A DNA stretch of 64,000 bases from Eledone cirrhosa. Lineage: Eukaryota. This document shows, in pieces, positions 56,506 through 64,000 of this stretch (the first letter of the stretch is position 1; every line of letters starts with the position of its first letter). The DNA is taken from the NCBI GenBank assembly GCA_964016885.1, contig OZ024743.1, forward strand, positions 60,574,001 to 60,638,000, written 5' to 3'. Position numbers and translations under genes: made by a program. The notes under the pieces are model-generated. The model did not search any database, was not told where the DNA came from, and saw only the letters and a program-made list of their open reading frames with translations.

Positions 56506-56510
<5 letters not shown>
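56275..56510. mobile_element. Fold-back (TA)n insert, ~83-bp arms
   Basis: ataaatgcatatcagtaag...tttgccaaaaa versus tttttggcaaa...cttactgatatgcatttat; GAAAC-gacaagaggttagcc-GTC resembles family G. Confidence 0.85.
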
Positions 56511-56557
<47 letters not shown>

Positions 56558-56567
56558 ATGTATATAT

Positions 56568-56767
56568 AGGAAAATAGTCAGGACCCCGACGGCAGAGTTC
56601 AAGCCGTTTCGACGGCTGTTTCTGGACTGTCCAGAAATAGCCGTCGAAACGGCTTGAGCTCTGCCGTCGGAGTCTTGACTCTTTTTCTATTACCCACTAT
56701 ACTAGCCAAAGTATCGAGTACTCTGGTGTGTTATGGTCCACCTGTTCCTTACCACACTTCCTTCGTT
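56568..56767. mobile_element. Family G fold-back element
   Basis: Palindrome centred on 56628; tail matches 20805-20894. Confidence 0.88.
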
Positions 56768-58939
56768 ATATGTGTGTGTGGGGGTGGGGGGGGGGGGGTT
56801 GTATGCCTGTAAAAAGTAAACAGAAGAAAAAAATAAATCAAACAACACAGTACTTTAAAGAAATATATTAGTTTAACGCTTGAAATAATAGGAAAAGAGT
56901 CTTAACATTTCGAACACTCGTCCTTCTTGAAACAGAATTAGAAATAGAAAATAAGGAGGAGTGTGAAGAAGAGTAAACGGTAAAAATGAGATGAAAAATA
57001 CACGTGCTTATTTAATCAGCCATATATATATTAGACGGGTTTCTCCAGTTTCCGCCGACAAAACTTCACATAAAAGACATTGCTCAACCCTGACCTATAT
57101 ATATGGTAGAAGTCATTTGACCAAAGTACCAAACAGTGTGCGTGAACGAAAAAGCACGTGATTGAAAAGCGATGCCTGCATCTGTTATAGATTAATATTA
57201 TCTAAGTGGATACAATTGTGGATAAAATTTTCCGAAGTGGTTAACATTTTCCTGTCTTTACAGTCGAATACGATTGATATTATTATAGCATACTCTCCGA
57301 AAAACGCGTTGGGAAAGATTTTCACATTAGATACCACAATGATGTACATGAAAAAAAAAATAAAGCCTTGTATTTTCCAACACAGTATAAAATATTCGAG
57401 CTTCTGGCAAAGATTTCTGCTTTCCATAATATTTCTGATGTTTGCTGCTCTCTGGGTTAGCGTTTCTATAGAACTGACTTAGATTAACATTTCTTTCTTG
57501 ATAGGTAGGTGTGTCTAATCAAATATATGTAGAATGCATTGTTCTTTTTCAGATACAGTATCTTCAGGACAAGTCGACTAAACAACTCGGTATTCTTCAT
57601 GAAAATCTTTTATAAAGCAGATGATATCTTAGTATACCTTCCTCAGTAATATCTTGTACGAAATATATTTTTAAGAAGCACATGCATGGCTGGGTGGATA
57701 CAAATTTCGCATCGCATTTACAGGGTTTGGGGTTCAATGATAGAATAACTTTCATAAAGTAAGTGATGATATCTTGATATGACTTCGTATGCAATATAAT
57801 GTATTTACAATAGGCGCATGTATGGTTGGATGCTTAAGAAATGCACTTAACATTTATGTGGGTTCGATTTGTTCCGAATGCTCAGTTCCTTGGTCATGTG
57901 TATTCTGTTCGGGTATTGGGTCGATTAAACTCCTGTGAATCAAATTTCGTAAATGGAAATTTTATGAGAGATTGTTCCTTTTTATGGTTGTAAACGTTAT
58001 CTGTCGCCAGGTATAACACAACCATCTTGTCTTTGACTAACTTTATCAAAGCATTTAAAAGGGGTTCCGCTCGCCGTAGAAGGTATATGCAATGTTTGTA
58101 CTTCAACATATCTATCCCAAACCTGCACTCTTAAAAGCATATTCCAATGTTACCTTTTCACACCTTGCCAAACACAGAACCACCTTATTTTTGCAGTTCT
58201 ATGTTCTTAAGAGACTTACGGACGTCAAAACTAATTTATGCTGGGCTACTTAATACAATCTCTGGAGATGTCTGAATTAAGGGAGAGGCGCCTGCAGATA
58301 TGACTTAGGGAATTAAGTGCCCTAGGCTAGCTATATAATGTTTGTCCCCTTCTCCCAGTTATGTATCCCATTTTCTTAAATCAAATATTTCCAATTTACA
58401 GTTTGAGAAGCTGATGAACCAAGATTTTGAAACTTCGTGCTCTGACTATACTAAGAAAGTTACTAAGCCTTCGTTTTCTTTTGTACAGTTCAATCTCACC
58501 GGAATCAAACTTTGAGAGAAGTCATAACATCATAGGACTCTCTCTATTTCTTTGGCTATTTCCACAACTCTGCTACGTGGCAGATATATTTAGTAAATCA
58601 CTTACGGATTGTAGAAAATTATTATATATTTAATTTGATTATACAAATTTGTATAAAACTCTGATATTTTGAGTTTCAATAATGCACCTCTCTGAGATCT
58701 GCGCTTTTGGCGGCTGACTATTTGGCCTTAAATGTAGCGTCGATCTTGGCTGGGTCTTATTCTTAGTAGGTTAGTCGATCAGGAGGACGTTTCCTTATTG
58801 TCTCTCTAAATATATCTCAATTTGTAAGAGAATAAATATCGTTTAAATTAGATTGACAGCTGAGATGGTTACATTCCTTAGATAATGTTAACTATCTAGT
58901 TGTTCAGCTTCTCCGGAGCAGCAAGATATAACTCTATAG

Positions 58940-58975
<36 letters not shown>

Positions 58976-59099
58976 AAACGGCAGCACCAACAGTTTTGCA
59001 AGAGATGTCAACATGCATGGACCTGTTATTTTTATCTAAAGACATTTTTTCCAATTCTATCCCGCCCGTCCTCTCAATCTATCTTATTTCTCATTCTTT

Positions 59100-59132
59100 C
59101 TTCTGATGAAGGACTAGCGTCCGAAACGTTAA
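59100..59132 (+). ncRNA. Minimal hammerhead, family D
   Basis: ctt-CTGATGA-a-gga(ctagcg)tcc-GAAAC-GTT|aa; palindromic AACGTT; stem I shortened by a deletion between two cgttaa repeats. Confidence 0.7.
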
Positions 59133-59198
59133 CCTAATACATCCCTTCCATATACTGTACCGGTTGTGTTGTTATTTCTGTTTATCTTTTACACACAG

Positions 59199-59255
<57 letters not shown>

Positions 59256-59553
59256 ATACTTTGGGAGGGTCATGTTGCCAATAAGAAACACACGCACAAG
59301 TTGCTTTCACTTCAATTTATTATTATAAATTTATAATAAATTTATAAATTTCTGGTTGGTTGGTTGGTTGGTTCCACAACCAGATGATTGTTCATATATT
59401 GAAGGTCTCGCCAGTGTTCATTTATCCGTTCCCCTACACTACGAGCTGTCTCACCTATGTACACTATATTTTTGTCTCTACATTGTCCTTCGGTACATCT
59501 TATGCTATACACTACATTTCTAGTTTTACAGTTAATATGGGGGCTTATTTTAC

Positions 59554-60100
59554 AAGGAACAAGGCTAATAGAATAAACTCATGGTATGATAGCAATAAAT
59601 ACCAGAGTGTAATGTTCATCGATACAACCCCTAGAGGTGAATTAGCTTACAAATTTAGAAGGGCCCTAAATAAACATAAACTCAATATTAAGATAGTAGA
59701 AAGACCAGGTACCTCCGTAAACACACTCATTAGCAAGACATACCCTTTTCAAAGACCCTCATGTATAGATAAGAAATGTATAACCTGTAAAATAAGCCCC
59801 CATATTAACTGTAAAACTAGAAATGTAGTGTATAGCATAAGATGTACCGAAGGACAATGTAGAGACAAAAATATAGTGTACATAGGTGAGACAGCTCGTA
59901 GTGTAGGGGAACGGATAAATGAACACTGGCGAGACCTTCAAGATAGTAAAGAATCATCTGTACTCTACCAACATGCTAAAATAGAACACAAGGGTAAATT
60001 AGAGAACATAGAAATAAAAATAGAATCTACACACAGAAAAGACGCAATGTTTAGACAAATTACAGAGGCAATAAACATAAAAGAATTACAACCAAAATAA
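59554..60100 (+). CDS. C-terminal GIY-YIG endonuclease of a Penelope-like ORF (open frame, 5'-truncated)
   Basis: WYDSNKYQSVMFIDTTPRGEL...CIDKKCITC...CKTRNVVYSIRC...VYIGETARSVGERINEH...LYQHAKIEH...RQITEAINIKELQPK. Confidence 0.9.
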
Positions 60101-60345
60101 AATAGAAAATATGAGTGGAACAGCAACATCACATCTTACAATTAAGGACAGAATGAAAACACACACACACATAGAACAAACAACCAACCAGTAACATGTA
60201 AATAAACAAATAAATAAATGAACATAAACACACACAGACACCCGGATGTGGCGCATGCGCAGACTGAGCACACAACACACACACAGAAACAAAATGGCGT
60301 AGGACAGAACAAAGGAGAGGCACAGAAACAAAGAAATGAATCCCC

Positions 60346-60389
60346 AGTCACTGAAGAGGTCACAGAGTGTGTGACGAAAGAACTGTGAC
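60346..60389 (+). ncRNA. Hammerhead in PLE 3' UTR; cleavage triplet CUG here versus CUA in the 3910 copy
   Basis: gtca-CTGAAGA-g-gtcac(agagtgt)gtgac-GAAA-gaa-CTG|tgac. Confidence 0.7.
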
Positions 60390-60626
60390 AATATATGAAC
60401 AACCATCTGGTTGTGGAACCAACCAACCAACCAGAAATTTATGAATTTATAAATTTATTATAAATTTATTATAATAAATTGAAGTGAAAGCAACTGGTGC
60501 GTGTATTTCTTATTGGCAATATGACCCTCCCAAAGTATAACAATATCGGTTTCAACACACGATTTCAGATAAAGAATCTTGCTAAACAAATTCAGAAACG
60601 AAATATATATATATTATATTATGTAT

Positions 60627-60808
60627 AAATGGCTTCTACAGGACTAGAACTGTTTCATTTAGGAGAAATCATCAGGAAGCCTAATGATTTCTCCCGATGA
60701 AGCAGTCCTAGTCCTGTAGAAGCCATTTCTTTATTAAATATTTATACTCTGCTATGTATTGAGTGCCTTACTTATTGTGGTTACCCCCGATTGAACCCGG
60801 GATAAACA
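60627..60808. mobile_element. Family E fold-back element: HHR on minus 60631-60681, decayed plus copy
   Basis: Minus reads ggcttc-CTGATGA...GAAAC-agttctagtcct-GTA|gaagcc; compensatory stem I changes relative to 40327 (gattc/gaatc to gcttc/gaagc). Confidence 0.85.
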
Positions 60809-60884
60809 TATATATGTATATATGTACATGAGAGTATTGAAGTTTGCATGAAGCATTGTGGAATAATAAAAACATTTTTATGGG

Positions 60885-61500
60885 GGGGGGGCTCGTTTCG
60901 GAAACCTCAACAATGCAGATGGGTAAATCACGGAGTAACAGAATCCGGTGGTGAAGAGAGAGATGTAAGGGAGTGTAGAATGAGATGTATAGTGTGTAGA
61001 AGAACGTAGGAAAGAGTGTAGAAAATAAAAATAATAACACGAGATAGAGTTACTTTGGGAGAGATTTAATTGTCCCTATATTTCGGATTTGCATCCATCA
61101 ACTGGAGGCTTTTCCGGGGAGGGAGGTTTATCCGCCGTAGAGTAACAGTACGTGGCGTCTGTTGTCCGCTGTTTGTGTGTAACTGAGGTATTTTGACTAC
61201 CTCACTTACACACAAACGAATACCTCAGTTACACACAAACAGCGGCCACGTACCATTCCTCTTCGACGGATAGCTTTCGCCACCGGAAACTCCCCACCCC
61301 CAGTTGATGGATGCGAATCCGAAATATAGGGACAATTAAATCTCTCCCAAGGTAACTCTATCTCGTGTTTCCTTCCTACGTTCCTCTACACACTATACAT
61401 CTCATTCTACACTCCCTTACATCTCTCTCTTCACCGCCAGATTCTGTTACCCAGGGATTTACCCATTTGCATTGGTGAGGCCCCCAAAACGTCCACCCCA
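60885..61500. mobile_element. Large fold-back element (~290-bp diverged arms); 3'-end fragment also at 4243-4292
   Basis: aatgcagatgggtaaatc...aactgaggtatt versus aatacctcagtt...gatttacccatttgcatt. Confidence 0.85.
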
Positions 61501-62580
61501 AAAATATTATATATATATATATATATATAAGTATGTATACGTACGTACATACATATATGTGTACAGACGTACAGTAGTATGTATATATATACATACATGC
61601 ACACATATATATATATATATACGTATGGGTTTACCGAACATTTATTATAATGTTCGGTTTGTTTGTAAACAAACAGCCCGAATTACGACGTACAGTGCTC
61701 GGCAACCATCGTCGCCCTTTTGTTCAACACTGACACAGGAACGATGTACTAGTTTCAAGATTATTAGCTATTGTCAGCATCGTATACCTTTCTGTCAGAT
61801 GGATGAACGTCTGAAAGTATATACTTTCCTTATGCATATTAACGGCTGAGCAGCCTAATTTGCATATCGAGTGAGTTAGTCGGTCGGGCGTACCGTAATT
61901 ACAGTTATTTACAGTTATCGCACATCTCATATATGCATAATGGTTTATAAATCAGGCAGGAGACCAGTAACTTTGGGAAGACACTTCTGTTCATTACATC
62001 TATCTCAGTGCTTTAGTGGTACCTTTATTTAACAACCCTCCACAATGATGGGCTTGTACTTTATTTTTTCTCAAACCCTGGAGAATGAAAAGTAATGTTG
62101 ACCCCGGCGGTATTTGAACTCAGAAACTAAATAGCCATAAGTAAATACCGTATGAGTTCTATCGATTCTGAAATTCCAATAGAAAACTGAAAACCCTAAC
62201 CACTAAGCCACTTCTCATCACCATATTTCGTACAGTTCTCAACGGATAGAAAAAAAATGGTACCATTAAGATTTCTAAAATTTGAGATAGAAATCTTATA
62301 ACGTTTCCTATTTCCTGGATTTCTCGTATTTCAAAGATTCTTTTCTTGTATTTCAAAGATAAATATTGAAAGACTATTAGAAGGAAAATAAACGTAATAT
62401 ATGTATTATCCGTGAGATAAGAATATGAAGAGGAATACAAATCATTCCCTGCAGATTCACAAATTATCTTGAGTGGAAAATGTGGTTAATGTCGAAAGGA
62501 CATCACTATATTTAGATTTAATATATACATACACAAAACACACATACACGTGCGTATATATATATACACACACACATATG

Positions 62581-62675
<95 letters not shown>

Positions 62676-62831
62676 ATAGTATATTATATTATACTGTGTT
62701 ATATTTTATATAGTGAGAAGGTGTACAACATAACTAGAACTATTTCATTCGTACGAAGCCATCAGTAAATATTCTTTTCTATTATTGTATTGGGTACCGT
62801 GTATAATATTTATATGTGCATGTATGCATGC

Positions 62832-62894
<63 letters not shown>

Positions 62895-62901
<7 letters not shown>

Positions 62902-63073
62902 ATATTTGGGGACGGTCATATTGTTGTAATAATATTGCCAGAAATAATAATAGAACACACTCACTGTTTGGTTTGGTTTGGTTTGGGTTGGTTTTCGCTT
63001 CTGTATATTTTATACCTCCATAGCTAATTTATCTGGCAATCAATGTTTATCATTGATTTACCAACGGTTAAAA

Positions 63074-63122
<49 letters not shown>

Positions 63123-63562
63123 ATCAAAGTTCTTTCGTCACGCATCTGTGACATCATCAGTGGTACTATTATGCTTCCTCCCATTGTATTTTAATTCCTA
63201 AGCGATCTTTATTTTATTTATTTATTTAGTCTTGTCTCTGTCTCTGTTTGCGCATGCGTTTGCGTGTGTTTTCCCTGTTTGGTGTGTGTGTTCGCGTTTG
63301 AGTGTATGTGTTTTTGTATTCTATCTTTGTTCACAAGTGTGTTTGTTGTTATTGTACTTGTGTATGTATGTACTTGTGTATGTATTTATTTATTTATATT
63401 TCCCTTGGGTCAGTATTATGTGTTTGGGTATGGTTATTGTTGTTATTCTGTTCTTTCTGTTCAACTTTGGTTTTCTTAGTTCTATCTCAGTTGCTTCTCT
63501 GATTTGCTTACCTGTTGAGTTATTTCTATGCTTAGATATTATTTTAATTTCTATGCTCTCTA
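62895..63562 (-). mobile_element. 5'-truncated Penelope-like element, subfamily 2, with HHR at 63122-63165
   Basis: Minus encodes IEIKIISKHRNNSTGKQIREATEIELRKPKLNRK; UTR like 49150-49675; tacca-CTGATGA-t-gtcac(agatgc)gtgac-GAAA-gaa-CTT|tgata. Confidence 0.85.
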
Positions 63563-64000
63563 TATACATGTATCTATCTAACTATTAAGTAAGTCCGTTC
63601 TTGAACACCGCTGTTCATGTAAGTCTGTACAATATGTTACGTGGTCGCGTCGTCGGTGACTAAACCGGAAATCACACCAAGTTTGCTTTGTGAGGAGAGT
63701 GAATTTTGAAAATCCTGTGGAATGAAAGCAAAACCTCTCAAAAAGGGCGCAGAAACCATTCAATTCTGTGTTTTAAAAAAATGCTAGACAGAGCCTATTA
63801 TCCATTGTTGGCAGCCTGTCGATGGGAAGGATTATTGTTACTCGAAAACTGGGGTGGTGAACTCTTTAGTCACCTTGAAAACCTTTGGAGTAACCAATAT
63901 ATTTATTCTTGATATAAATAGGCATAATCTGCAGCTCCATAACATGCTTGCTAAAAATGGACGAAGGTGGATTAGAGACCCACCTATGTCAATATTTCCC

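Larger units (their letters stand above)
59247..60545 (+). mobile_element. Penelope-like element, 5'-truncated, with inverted terminal segment
   Basis: 59247-59401 = revcomp of 60389-60545; 59399-59553 = revcomp of 59787-59941; sense body 59554-60545. Confidence 0.92.

Noticed and set aside
58405-58445. CTGATGA...GAAAC-ttc-GTG hammerhead-like string
   Set aside because: No stem II pairing, weak stem I, non-cleavable GUG, not TA-flanked.
59360-59553. N-terminal 65 aa of the 246-aa ORF
   Set aside because: Antisense copy of UTR and EN sequence fused in frame by the inversion; not genuine protein.
62715-62770. Possible family E hammerhead on minus
   Set aside because: Recognisable similarity (actagaacta-tttcattc...catcag) but core and stems are too decayed to call.

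Overview
AT-rich, microsatellite-dense eukaryotic DNA; the repeat families look cephalopod/octopus-like, which is an inference. I can support no host protein-coding gene, and nearly all listed ORFs are translations of simple repeats. The window holds tRNA-derived SINEs (two with 18-bp TSDs), RTE- and R4-like LINE remnants, a MITE pair and four Penelope-like (PLE, GIY-YIG) fragments. The main signal is a community of small non-coding elements carrying hammerhead ribozymes (HHRs), all inserted in (TA)n tracts. The largest is a 4.7-kb array of apparently identical 311-bp HHR units, 5 on the minus strand fused head-to-head to 10 on the plus strand, resembling a non-LTR retrozyme. At least five other HHR families are present, plus HHRs in the PLE 3' UTRs. 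About a dozen of these insertions are fold-back structures whose element 3' ends face outward into the TA target. This suggests priming from both strands of a cut (TA)n site by a PLE RT/endonuclease. All motifs were read by eye; no folding or search was run.
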